Made by a program: the position numbers and the translations under genes. Below, piece after piece: positions 14,729 through 23,238 of a stretch of 64,000 bases of DNA (position 1 is its first letter; every line of letters starts with the position of its first letter). Origin of the DNA: a virus; the IMG/VR virus record IMGVR_UViG_3300024252_000004, positions 280,770 through 344,769 of that record. One strand, written 5' to 3'. Under the pieces are notes generated by a model. The model worked only from the letters and a program-made list of their open reading frames with translations, made no database searches and was not told the DNA's origin.

Positions 14729-14978
14729 GGGTCGAGATAACGCGGTCAAGTAGAGTTCCCAAAGGGCTGTTTATGATACGGTCACAATCGAACGACCTAG
14801 AGTTATACCTGATTTGAATTCGGGCAATGGGCTGGCCAATAGTCCTTAGACGTAATCCTGTTGAAGTCGTCGCAGGTCCCACTTGAGGGTTGTTTTGGAC
14901 ATGGGTGCTTAGTGTCAACGGCAAGCACGATTGGCTGTTAACCAATTAGTTTGGGTTCAAATCCCAAAGTACCCGCCA
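14721..14978 (+). ncRNA. ORF-free structured RNA with tRNA-like 3' end (unknown class)
   Basis: no ORF of 60 aa or more; 3' TTGGG-TTCAAAT-CCCAA + AGTACCC-G-CCA; 5' GCGGGTA can pair with TACCCGC. Confidence 0.3.
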
Positions 14979-15003
14979 CAAAGTATCAAAAGGTTTTGTC
15001 ATT

Positions 15004-15288
15004 ATGAAAGAGATTTTTGGACCTTGGGTTAAGGCTGCAAGGTGTTTGGATTGCGACGACGGCTTTAAAAGCAAATGGAGTGCCTGGATTGAAGAAAGTG
15101 ATTTTGATACAGAGGAAGAGATGTTGGGGCAAACTCTCATCTGCCGCTCATGTGGCTCGATATTCAAATGGCAAAAAGCTGTCGGAAGAAAAATCAAAAC
15201 GTATAAAACATCTTGGATTTTTCTTGACAAATTGGTTAAAAGCGAATGGGAATGGCGACACGAAGCTGTTCTGGAAGGAATAAATTGA
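15004..15288 (+). CDS. hypothetical Cys-containing protein
   Basis: 94-aa ORF, CLDCDD..CRSCG. Confidence 0.4.
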   Translation: MKEIFGPWVKAARCLDCDDGFKSKWSAWIEESDFDTEEEMLGQTLICRSCGSIFKWQKAVGRKIKTYKTSWIFLDKLVKSEWEWRHEAVLEGIN

Positions 15289-15704
15289 AAAGAGTTTATG
15301 TTGATATGGACGGAGTCCTTTGTGATTACGTTGCAAAATTTACAGAACTCCGTAACGAAGGAAACAAGTTTCCTCAGCAAAGCTTTGACTTCTTCAGAAG
15401 TATGAAGCCTATGCCATCGGCTCTTGCAGCTATGGGAATACTATCTAAACATTTCGATGTTTGGATTTTGACTAAGCCTTCCTACAAAAACCCTATGTCT
15501 TATACAGAAAAGAGACTTTGGGTTGAGGACCATCTTGGTCTGGATTGGTGTAAGAAGCTGATCCTTTGTCCTGATAAGGGATTGGTTATAGGAGATTATC
15601 TTATTGATGATTTCTTGTGGCCTGAATTTCAAGGTGAACAAGTTCATTTTGGTTCAAATAGATTTCCAAATTGGAGATCGGTAATAGATTATATGCGCCC
15701 GTGA
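15246..15704 (+). CDS. HAD-superfamily 5'(3')-deoxyribonucleotidase-like phosphatase
   Basis: VYVDMDGVLCD motif I (DxDxV); start may be TTG 15284 rather than ATG 15246. Confidence 0.55.
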   Translation: MGMATRSCSGRNKLKRVYVDMDGVLCDYVAKFTELRNEGNKFPQQSFDFFRSMKPMPSALAAMGILSKHFDVWILTKPSYKNPMSYTEKRLWVEDHLGLDWCKKLILCPDKGLVIGDYLIDDFLWPEFQGEQVHFGSNRFPNWRSVIDYMRP

Positions 15705-15785
15705 GCCGAGTGGTTGATGGCCCCAGACTCTTAATCTGGTACAGGTAGTGCTGCAACGTAGGTTCGAATCCTACCGGGCGTACCA
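15695..15785 (+). tRNA. class-II scaffold tRNA with anticodon CTT (Lys codon AAG), A73, CCA encoded
   Basis: acceptor GCGCCCG/CGGGCGT, D arm GCC-GAGTGGTTGAT-GGC, anticodon stem CCAGA/TCTGG loop CTCTTAA, 18-nt variable arm, T-loop TTCGAAT. Confidence 0.5.
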
Positions 15786-15840
15786 TATAAAACGATAACA
15801 TAAATATATGAGCAGTTCATTTTAAATAGCGGAGACTTAG

Positions 15841-16740
15841 ATGTCGATCACTGCCAAGCAGGCTTATCTTTGTGACAGTTGCAAAAAAGTATTTTGGACC
15901 ACAAGAGGTGCAAATAACTGTGCGGCAAGGCACGCAAAAGCTGCTGCCGAAGCGGCAGCTATCACCAAAGAGAGAAAAATTAAAGAAGACAAAAGGCATG
16001 AGCTTCGTAACTCTGTGTCTTCGTTTGAAGAAGTTGCAGATGCATTGGTGGCTTTAGCTGAAGAGCAAGGCTATACTCTGACTTGCAAAATCTTCGGAAA
16101 GATTAGCTCTTGTAGTGTGAGCCATTCGAGGCCGCTTGATTTCGATAGAGCAGATACCTACCTTGGTAAAGATAGGCGAGACTACAATAGACGACTAGCT
16201 TTCTGTGGTCGCATCGTAGGAACATTTGCATCGGAAACTAAAAATGGGCATTCATACTTCTCCGACTGGTTAAGGTCAGCGGCGGTAGGTATTCATACCG
16301 GCACAGGGAGCGGTGGTGGTAACTTCCAATATAGTTTGACCATGTGGGTTGCAGATTTCTCAAAGATTAAAGAAGCCTACTCCTTCGCCTTCCCTTACGA
16401 TGCTGGAATTGCGCAGCACAATGCACTGTACGAACAGGAGCGGCTCAGGCATAGAGAGAAGCACAGACTCAATATTGAATACGAGCAGAACTATCTTCCG
16501 CTAAAACTATCTGCGGATCCTGATTGGCTGTTTTATGATTGCGAAGCAAAGGATCTTAGGGCGCAGGCTGAGGCTTTGATTGAAAAATCAAATGAAATGA
16601 ACGAGAGAGCGAAGACCAGAATGCTTGAGCTTGATGATGAAAGGGCTGCTGAAACTACTCCTTCTTCTGATTTCGATTATGACGAAGAGCTTCTTCTCAA
16701 ATTTGATGCCTTATACGGCTCTAAAGTAAGGATGTGGTGA
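15841..16740 (+). CDS. hypothetical protein (299 aa)
   Basis: ATG start; N-terminal CDSC..C..H zinc-finger-like. Confidence 0.5.
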   Translation: MSITAKQAYLCDSCKKVFWTTRGANNCAARHAKAAAEAAAITKERKIKEDKRHELRNSVSSFEEVADALVALAEEQGYTLTCKIFGKISSCSVSHSRPLDFDRADTYLGKDRRDYNRRLAFCGRIVGTFASETKNGHSYFSDWLRSAAVGIHTGTGSGGGNFQYSLTMWVADFSKIKEAYSFAFPYDAGIAQHNALYEQERLRHREKHRLNIEYEQNYLPLKLSADPDWLFYDCEAKDLRAQAEALIEKSNEMNERAKTRMLELDDERAAETTPSSDFDYDEELLLKFDALYGSKVRMW

Positions 16741-17205
16741 ATGGCCCTATTAGTTTCTCATTATTATAGTTACAGTGATATGGTGCGCCAGATCGAAAAA
16801 AAGCATGGCGTAGATATCAGAGACTATGCCGGAAAGCATAGGCGAAGCCCGGATGAAGATTATCCGACCATTGCATGGGCAAAAAAGCATGGGTATGACC
16901 ACACTGTTCTCGAAGGCAATTTAGAGAGTGACTCTCCTGAAATGAAACTTAGGATTCAGATTAATGAAGAGTACGAGAAGGCTCCTGACGGTGAAGCTGC
17001 TGAGACTACTTATCAAGATTTCTGGCACTATGCCATAAGCGATATTTTCTACGATGTTTCCAACGGATGCGTAAGATATTTTAATCCTTGGGACGCAAAA
17101 AACGAAGCTTCGGAAGAGTGGCAGAAAGAAATTCTGCAAATGTTCATTACGCTTCTCGAAGAGAATGACATTGATGAAGCTATTGAGGTTTACATTGGCT
17201 GGTAG
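16741..17205 (+). CDS. hypothetical protein
   Basis: 154-aa ORF, ATGA overlap with previous. Confidence 0.45.
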   Translation: MALLVSHYYSYSDMVRQIEKKHGVDIRDYAGKHRRSPDEDYPTIAWAKKHGYDHTVLEGNLESDSPEMKLRIQINEEYEKAPDGEAAETTYQDFWHYAISDIFYDVSNGCVRYFNPWDAKNEASEEWQKEILQMFITLLEENDIDEAIEVYIGW

Positions 17206-17425
17206 TCTTATAGGTATGCCGCTTGGTCTAAATGACTGCGAGGGAAATCCAGTTCACTTTGGCGACACTTTATCTTTCGACGAGAAAGAGTGGGGCGGAC
17301 CATGTGAATTTGTGGTTGAATTTATAAACGGGCAGACAAGAGTTTGTGGTGCTGTAAGTGAGATTTCAGTTTTCTGCACTATCGTGAAGAAATGGAATGC
17401 TGATGTCGAAGAATGGAATGATTGA
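17165..17425 (+). CDS. hypothetical protein
   Basis: 86-aa ORF. Confidence 0.35.
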   Translation: MTLMKLLRFTLAGSLIGMPLGLNDCEGNPVHFGDTLSFDEKEWGGPCEFVVEFINGQTRVCGAVSEISVFCTIVKKWNADVEEWND

Positions 17426-17937
17426 TGAAATATACAAACTACGCTTTTGATTTTGGCTACGCTGAGTCAGGAAGCTTCTCCCTGCTAATGATGAAACATC
17501 CTGATGGATTCGTGGATCCGCTTGATGGTATAAGGGATCTCAATAATCTTTTCCAGAAGATTACTGCATCCAAATATGGAATCGGCGAAGACGGAAGAAG
17601 CCTGTTGACTTCTGATACAAAAGAGTGTTGCAGGAAATATCATCCGAATCTGGAAATGAATGTCTGTCCTATCTGTGGCAGCAGATTCACCGCGAAAACA
17701 TTTAAGGATCTCTGCACGGAAGAACTATGGTTCCAGCTATGTCGCGGAACAAATGATAGTTTCGGCGGAGAGGCATGGGAGTTCCTCGAAGAGTCAAAAT
17801 GGGAAGTCATTGGTCCAGAAGGTGGCAAATGGGTCACCGTCAGTAATGCTAGAAATATTCCTGACGGTCAAGGTTTCTACATTAATGTAAAGGGTCTATA
17901 CGACTTCAAATACATTAGGGAGAATATCTATGAGTAA
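17422..17937 (+). CDS. hypothetical protein
   Basis: 171-aa ORF; CPICGSRF. Confidence 0.45.
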   Translation: MMKYTNYAFDFGYAESGSFSLLMMKHPDGFVDPLDGIRDLNNLFQKITASKYGIGEDGRSLLTSDTKECCRKYHPNLEMNVCPICGSRFTAKTFKDLCTEELWFQLCRGTNDSFGGEAWEFLEESKWEVIGPEGGKWVTVSNARNIPDGQGFYINVKGLYDFKYIRENIYE

Positions 17938-18199
17938 CGAAGTAACAGTTGAGAAGTCTTGGACAAATAAACTAATTGGAGCTATGAACATGATTATGAG
18001 CATTTTTGAGAAGGGCATTGATAAGGTTGGAGAATTCTTCATGACTGCGGGTCCCGATCTTGCATCTGTAGATGAACGACTCTTTGGCATTCTTGACAAA
18101 GCAATCGCAGCCGACGAGCGTGTTACCAAGAGCATTGGCGATGCAGTTTTTGGCGAGAAAGATACGAAAGATTCTAAGTCTACTTTGGAGTCTGCGTAA
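17930..18199 (+). CDS. hypothetical protein
   Basis: 89-aa ORF. Confidence 0.4.
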   Translation: MSNEVTVEKSWTNKLIGAMNMIMSIFEKGIDKVGEFFMTAGPDLASVDERLFGILDKAIAADERVTKSIGDAVFGEKDTKDSKSTLESA

Positions 18200-18213
18200 T
18201 ATACAGTTCACAT

Positions 18214-18290
18214 GCCCTATTAGCATAGCGGTCCAATGCTGCGGCCTTTTAAGCCGATGATCCGGGGTTCGAATCCCTGATGGGGTACCA
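18214..18290 (+). tRNA. tRNA-Lys(TTT), CCA encoded
   Basis: acceptor GCCCTAT/ATGGGGT (two G-U), anticodon loop CTTTTAA, T arm CGGGG-TTCGAAT-CCCTG. Confidence 0.6.
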
Positions 18291-18309
18291 TAAGAACATA
18301 GAGGTGACT

Positions 18310-18789
18310 ATGGGACTTGATTATTCTGCATATGTTGTGTACGGAGTACCTGAAACAAAAGAGATGGTACAGCAACGTGTAGTTACCAAATTTATAACAA
18401 TTAATGCTTGTCCAAATCATCCGCCACGAGTAAGGACAACGTCTGTAAAGGGCCCTTACTGTGCAAAGTGCGGAGGTAAGAATACTGGTATTAAGGTTTC
18501 TCGAAAGATAAACCTATCTCTCACTGAGGCTTACGCTACAGAGGAAGACAAGAAGAAAAATGATTGGCTTCATGAAGAGGATAATTTTATCATAGAAACC
18601 AATGGGCCTTGCGGAGGAGATGTATACTTCGGTATAATACTTGCCAATATGGATATTGAACGTTCCGATGGCGCAGAAGTAATTAGGTCCGTTTCAGATG
18701 CAGAAGAGGCAGAACTTATAGCCTTCCTTGATAGGATTGGTTACGAAAACATCGACCTGAAAACATATCTTGTGCCAGCGGTGTGGTAA
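18310..18789 (+). CDS. hypothetical protein
   Basis: SD GAGGTG + ATG 18310 after tRNA. Confidence 0.45.
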   Translation: MGLDYSAYVVYGVPETKEMVQQRVVTKFITINACPNHPPRVRTTSVKGPYCAKCGGKNTGIKVSRKINLSLTEAYATEEDKKKNDWLHEEDNFIIETNGPCGGDVYFGIILANMDIERSDGAEVIRSVSDAEEAELIAFLDRIGYENIDLKTYLVPAVW

Positions 18790-18836
18790 AACGAAGTTCA
18801 TAGCTGAGATAAAAACATATTAAAGTGGAGTAAACA

Positions 18837-19205
18837 TTGGAAGCACTGTTCGCAATTCTATTTCTGATTTGGATTTTCTTTTGTCACACGATTGCAGATT
18901 TCATTTTGCAGACTCGTTGGATGGCAGAGAACAAATCTTCAAGCCTAAAAGCGCTAACAGTTCATATCATTGAGTACACCACTGTAATGTTTGTTGGATT
19001 AATTTTACCATTTGGGCTTGCGAATGCAGCACTTTATGCGGTAATAAATGGTGTGCTACACTTCTTCACTGACTTCATCACTTCACGCCTGAGTAGCTAT
19101 GCCTACAAGAATGAAAAGATGAAACTATTCTGGGGAATAATTGGGTTCGATCAGTTCATTCATATCTCGTGTATGCTTCTGACACTCCTATTCTTCTCCT
19201 TTTGA
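18837..19205 (+). CDS. polytopic membrane protein
   Basis: 122-aa ORF from TTG, 4 predicted TM helices. Confidence 0.4.
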   Translation: MEALFAILFLIWIFFCHTIADFILQTRWMAENKSSSLKALTVHIIEYTTVMFVGLILPFGLANAALYAVINGVLHFFTDFITSRLSSYAYKNEKMKLFWGIIGFDQFIHISCMLLTLLFFSF

Positions 19206-19275
19206 AATAACGGGGCGCTTGCAGCATTCTAGAAAGCTCGCAATACTGTCTGTGAAAACAGGACGCACCGCACCT

Positions 19276-19350
19276 GCTCTATTCGTCTAACGGTCAGGAC
19301 ATCAGGTTCTCAACCTGAAAATAGGAGTTCAATTCTCCTATAGAGTACCA
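19276..19350 (+). tRNA. tRNA-Glu(CTC), CCA encoded
   Basis: acceptor GCTCTAT/ATAGAGT, D arm GTC..GAC, anticodon stem TCAGG/CCTGA loop TTCTCAA, T arm AGGAG-TTCAATT-CTCCT. Confidence 0.6.
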
Positions 19351-19368
19351 AAATATAAAAGGATAAAG

Positions 19369-19767
19369 ATGCTTTACAGCGACAAAGTAATGGAACATAT
19401 TGAAAATCCGCAGAACGTTGGCTCAATGGACAAAGGCGATGTTCAGGTTGGAACAGGGATAGTCGGCGCACCATCTTGTGGTGATGTTATGAAGTTACAA
19501 TTAAAAATCAATGATGATGGTATCATTGAAGACGCTAAATTTAAGACGTTTGGTTGTGGTTCCGCGATTGCCTCAAGTTCGTTAGTGACGACCCTTGTAA
19601 AGGGAATGACTATTGAAGAGGCGGCGGAGATTAAAAACAGTCAAATTGTGGAAGAGCTAAGTCTTCCGCCAATAAAGATTCATTGCTCAGTGTTAGCAGA
19701 GGAAGCAGTGAGGGCTGCAATTGCTGATTACAGACAGAAGCAAAAAAGTAAATCTCTGGAGAAATAA
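19369..19767 (+). CDS. iscU: Fe-S cluster assembly scaffold IscU
   Basis: GAPSCGDVMKLQLK...FKTFGCGSAIASSS...LPPIKIHCSVLAEEA conserved IscU Cys/His ligands and LPPVK motif. Confidence 0.8.
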   Translation: MLYSDKVMEHIENPQNVGSMDKGDVQVGTGIVGAPSCGDVMKLQLKINDDGIIEDAKFKTFGCGSAIASSSLVTTLVKGMTIEEAAEIKNSQIVEELSLPPIKIHCSVLAEEAVRAAIADYRQKQKSKSLEK

Positions 19768-20210
19768 TGAAAAAACTACCTTTGCTGCATCCTGCTTTGG
19801 TTAATCATATGATGGACAGAACTATCAGATCTACAGATGTTGGACCGTCATATGCAGGAGGAAGGTTTTCTCTGTTTGAGATTTGCTTTGATGTCGATTG
19901 GGACTCAAAAGAGGGAGGTTGGATTTTAACTTGTCCCCATGCCTTGTCAAATGTGGAAATACAAGGGTTTCTATCTGAAGCCTACGAGTGCCATCCAGAA
20001 GGATTCTCGGATGAACTTGAAATTGTCTTTTCAGACATGGATAAAGAAGTCGGAAAAATTTTCTTCACAGATGATGGAGAGAAATGGATGCTCGCCGATG
20101 ATTTGATTCACGGGATCGGGATATTTTCCTCTTCTAAGCACAGCAGACCAAGTGGAAAGATCAAAGAATTCACTGACGAAACAGTTATTTATTATACTCC
20201 AGAAGAGTAG
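19767..20210 (+). CDS. hypothetical protein
   Basis: 147-aa ORF, ATGA overlap. Confidence 0.45.
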   Translation: MKKLPLLHPALVNHMMDRTIRSTDVGPSYAGGRFSLFEICFDVDWDSKEGGWILTCPHALSNVEIQGFLSEAYECHPEGFSDELEIVFSDMDKEVGKIFFTDDGEKWMLADDLIHGIGIFSSSKHSRPSGKIKEFTDETVIYYTPEE

Positions 20211-20282
20211 TTTTCGATTCAGTATCATAGTGTTTTTGACGCTTAGATCCGGTATAATATACCTATAGAAAGAGGTAATTTA

Positions 20283-21515
20283 ATGAGTAAGCCAGTAGAT
20301 TTTTTGATTTCATTTGACACCACGGGCAGCATGTATAGTTGTCTGTTGCAGGTGAGACGTAAGGCCGCAGGACTTGTCGAGCTTCTGTTTTCGCAGAACC
20401 CTGATATCCGTATCGGAGTAATTGCTCACGGTGACTATTGTGACACCTCAAGTTCTTACTTGAGCAAGGTTCTTGACCTTACAGAGAATAAGCGTTCTAT
20501 TCTTGAGTTTATCGAAACAGTTGGTAGCACAGGTGGTGGAAGCTTCGCAGAGGCTTATGAGCATGTTTTGTGGCAGGCTCGTGCTCTTACTTGGAGGGCA
20601 GGAAGTGAGCGTGCATTTGTCATGATTGGCGATGCTGTACCTCATAATAAAAGTATCTGGGGAACCAGAGAGGGTGGACACATCGTTAACCCTAAGTCTC
20701 TTGATTGGCAGAATGAAGCAAAGGTTCTGCATCAGGATCTTGGAGTTAAGATTTTCGGAGTCCATGCGTTGGCTTCCGCTCGTAGAGGCAGCGCATACTT
20801 CTGGAAGGATCTAGCAAGTATCACTGGCGGAAAGTACCTGAAGCTTGATCAGTTTGATGAGCTTTCTTACATGTTGAGAGCCATCATGTATAATCAGTCT
20901 GGTCAGGACGAGTTCATGACTCAGTTTGTCAACGAGGTAACGAACGACAGACAGATGACTCAGAACATGGCTGATATCTTTGAAGACATGACAGGTTCTC
21001 GACCTGAGGTCAACAAGGTTTCTATCGGTGGCGGTGGAAGAGGTAGAACGAGAACAAGGACTACGACCAGAACGGTAACAGTCGCGACAACTGTGTCTGC
21101 TTCAGACCTTGCAGCTTACCCTGATGTAAGCTTGGAGCCAGTAGCTCCGGGTAGATTCCAGATGCTTTCAGTCGAAACAAAGTCTCCGATTAGGGACTTC
21201 GTTAGGGACAATGTTGGTGCGACTCTTTTCAAAAAGGGTGCAGGTTACTACCAATTAGGTTCTAAGGCTGTGAAGATCCAGGGATACAAAAGAGTCGTTC
21301 TTGTCAATAGAGAGACGGGCGAGCTTTGGTCTGGAGATACAGCGAGAAAGATGCTTGGACTCCCGTTTGGGAAGGATTTTAAACTTTATCCTAAGAAGGT
21401 AGAGACTCAGAAGTTTCTCAGCGAGTACGATGTATTCGTGCAGAGCACCTCGGTTAACCGAGCACTGCAAGCTGGTGATGTCTTCTTGTACGAAGTTGCC
21501 GAGTTCGTGTCATGA
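20283..21515 (+). CDS. von Willebrand factor A (vWA) domain protein
   Basis: N-terminal ISFDTTGSM MIDAS-like motif and vWA fold; Arg/Thr-rich low-complexity linker; -10 TATAAT 20255 and SD upstream. Confidence 0.6.
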   Translation: MSKPVDFLISFDTTGSMYSCLLQVRRKAAGLVELLFSQNPDIRIGVIAHGDYCDTSSSYLSKVLDLTENKRSILEFIETVGSTGGGSFAEAYEHVLWQARALTWRAGSERAFVMIGDAVPHNKSIWGTREGGHIVNPKSLDWQNEAKVLHQDLGVKIFGVHALASARRGSAYFWKDLASITGGKYLKLDQFDELSYMLRAIMYNQSGQDEFMTQFVNEVTNDRQMTQNMADIFEDMTGSRPEVNKVSIGGGGRGRTRTRTTTRTVTVATTVSASDLAAYPDVSLEPVAPGRFQMLSVETKSPIRDFVRDNVGATLFKKGAGYYQLGSKAVKIQGYKRVVLVNRETGELWSGDTARKMLGLPFGKDFKLYPKKVETQKFLSEYDVFVQSTSVNRALQAGDVFLYEVAEFVS

Positions 21516-21664
21516 ATGGACACGAACATGGTTGCGGAACTCTCATAGGAGCGCCTTGCTCCTGTGGGGAAAATTTTACAAAAGATGAGGGAGAGATTAT
21601 AGCAAGAGGAGTTGTAGTTTTCCTCACAATTATGGTGGTAATACTTTCAGCTTTGGCTATGTCA
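21512..21664 (+). CDS. small Cys/His-rich membrane-anchored ORF (50 aa)
   Basis: ATGA overlap with vWA stop; C-terminal hydrophobic helix. Confidence 0.3.
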
Positions 21665-21690
21665 TAAGTAACTACTGTAATAATTGACTC

Positions 21691-21768
21691 GGGGAATTAG
21701 CTCAATTGGCCAGAGCGGCAGATTCTAGACCTGCGACAGTGTGGGTTCGAGCCCCACATTCCCTACCA
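21691..21768 (+). tRNA. candidate amber-suppressor tRNA, anticodon CTA, tRNA-Trp-like body
   Basis: acceptor GGGGAAT/ATTCCCT, D arm GCTC-AATTGGCCA-GAGC, anticodon loop TTCTAGA on stem GCAGA/CCTGC (A-C mismatch at 31-39), 6-nt variable, T arm GTGGG-TTCGAGC-CCCAC, CCA encoded. Confidence 0.5.
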
Positions 21769-21916
21769 GCATAACTCACTCTAGTCCCGAGGTGAGAACG
21801 CCTTTTGGATATCTCTCAAGTACAGTTTGGAATTAATGTAGACAAAAATGGTTTACCGACAGGAGAGGTGAATTATTTTTTTCGAATAACGTAGTATATA
21901 TCTACGGATAACCTAT

Positions 21917-21993
21917 GCTCTAGTGGTCTAATGGTTAGGATACCGGCCTTTCAAGCCGTGTGATTGCCAGTTCGAATCTGGTCTAGAGTACCA
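21917..21993 (+). tRNA. tRNA-Glu(TTC), CCA encoded
   Basis: acceptor GCTCTAG/CTAGAGT, anticodon loop CTTTCAA, T arm GCCAG-TTCGAAT-CTGGT. Confidence 0.6.
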
Positions 21994-22027
21994 TAATAAG
22001 ATTTCAAATTTACGCCGTTTCTTCAAT

Positions 22028-22126
22028 GGGATAGTTGCTGACAGGTAGGCAGCTACTTATTTGGAAGCGTTCTTAAGGGGCCTGCCTCCTATAGATCGGG
22101 GGGTTCGATTCCCCTACGGAGTACCA
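22028..22126 (+). other. tRNA-like 3' fragment (T arm + acceptor 3' strand + CCA) without a matching 5' acceptor strand
   Basis: GGGGG-TTCGATT-CCCCT then ACGGAGT-A-CCA at 22097-22126; no complementary 5' strand within 100 nt upstream. Confidence 0.3.
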
Positions 22127-22492
22127 CAGACAAGGCAATTAATTGAAAGGAAGTTGGCTTAAAGGCAGCCATCTTTTAAAGAGTGAGGTCCAGACTCCTG
22201 GGAATTATGGCAACAGAACGAATGCTATCAAGAGTAAGTTCTGCGAAAGAGAATGAGAAGCTGTCAGGCTCAAAGTTCTCGGGAGGTATAGCAACTGTGA
22301 GATTGTAAGAACCGTGGAGACTCACGGCGTTTCGGGCGAGCCTCTGTAGTAGCTGTAGAGAGTTGAGAAACTTGCAGTGAATGATGACGCTTAGTAGCCT
22401 CTTTGGCGTTATAGCACACTTTCAATTTTGCCTTAGTCTCCGGTTGATTTATTTTTTTGATATGCGTAAGATGATTACGCAAGGAGTTTGCG

Positions 22493-22585
22493 ATGTTCGC
22501 ACGTAGAGAAATTACAAATTTTCGATTTATTACTGTCTCCCGATTTATGTTTGTCGGTAGAGACGGTGACGTGTGGCATATCTGA
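22493..22585 (+). CDS. small ORF (30 aa) with strong SD in an otherwise ORF-free ~490-nt stretch
   Basis: AAGGAG 22481-22486 then ATG 22493. Confidence 0.3.
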   Translation: MFARREITNFRFITVSRFMFVGRDGDVWHI

Positions 22586-22618
22586 ACTAAAATATTCGGG
22601 TGCCTCACACAAAAATGA

Positions 22619-22694
22619 GGTACCTTAGCAAAGTTGGTCTATGCGCCCGTCTGAAGAACGGGATATTTCGGTTCGATCCCGAGAGGTACCACCA
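22619..22694 (+). tRNA. tRNA, anticodon GAA (Phe-like, G37), CCA encoded
   Basis: acceptor GGTACCT/AGGTACC perfect, anticodon stem CCCGT/ACGGG loop CTGAAGA, T arm TTCGG-TTCGATC-CCGAG. Confidence 0.55.
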
Positions 22695-22748
22695 CTTACA
22701 GTAAACTTTTATAGAAAACCCACAAGGTGTTATAAAAGATTGTTGCGA

Positions 22749-22824
22749 GGCTGGGTAGCTCAGCAGGTAGAGCAGTGGATTGAAAATCCATGTGTCGTCG
22801 GTTCGATCCCGATCCTAGCCACCA
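22749..22824 (+). tRNA. tRNA-Phe(GAA), CCA encoded
   Basis: near-identical architecture to E. coli tRNA-Phe: AGCTCAG..GGTAGAGCA, anticodon loop TTGAAAA, GTGTC variable, T-loop TTCGATC. Confidence 0.75.
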
Positions 22825-22842
22825 TATAAAGCAACGTGCAGG

Positions 22843-23238
22843 ATGAGCACAAAGGCAGAAATGGAATTCACTCTTGAGATATTTCCTCTTCCAGAAGAGA
22901 TAAAGCTATTTGTCGAAGATGGACTTGTTGAGGAAATCGAGAGGTACTACGAAGTTCTTATTGACAAAGATGTAATTAGAGTGTGGTCTCTTAAGAATAC
23001 GGACTACTTCTATTTTATGTCAGGGATTCGGCCGACAAGAACCAACGGGAAAGTCGTTGTTTCAGGTGTCGTCTGTAATTGGGCTGATAGAGAAGGGGCA
23101 CTTATCACCACTAAACACATCTTTGAGGTTGTCCAAGATTTTGACATAATCAAAGTTCTCGTTTCAAGGCCGGATATTTACTTTTCGAATGAAGATATCA
23201 ACAGAGTCTCATTTGTAACCGCATTGGAGTCTAAGTAG
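22843..23238 (+). CDS. hypothetical protein
   Basis: 131-aa ORF. Confidence 0.45.
   Translation: MSTKAEMEFTLEIFPLPEEIKLFVEDGLVEEIERYYEVLIDKDVIRVWSLKNTDYFYFMSGIRPTRTNGKVVVSGVVCNWADREGALITTKHIFEVVQDFDIIKVLVSRPDIYFSNEDINRVSFVTALESK

Noticed and set aside
20244-20260. Canonical sigma70 promoter TTGACG..TATAAT upstream of the vWA gene
   Set aside because: The spacer between TTGACG and TATAAT is only 11 nt. Only the -10 TATAAT (20255-20260) is credible.
22028-22126. Complete tRNA (possibly tRNA-Sec-like, ~99 nt)
   Set aside because: The T arm, acceptor 3' strand and CCA are present. No 5' strand complementary to ACGGAGT exists upstream, and no anticodon arm folds.
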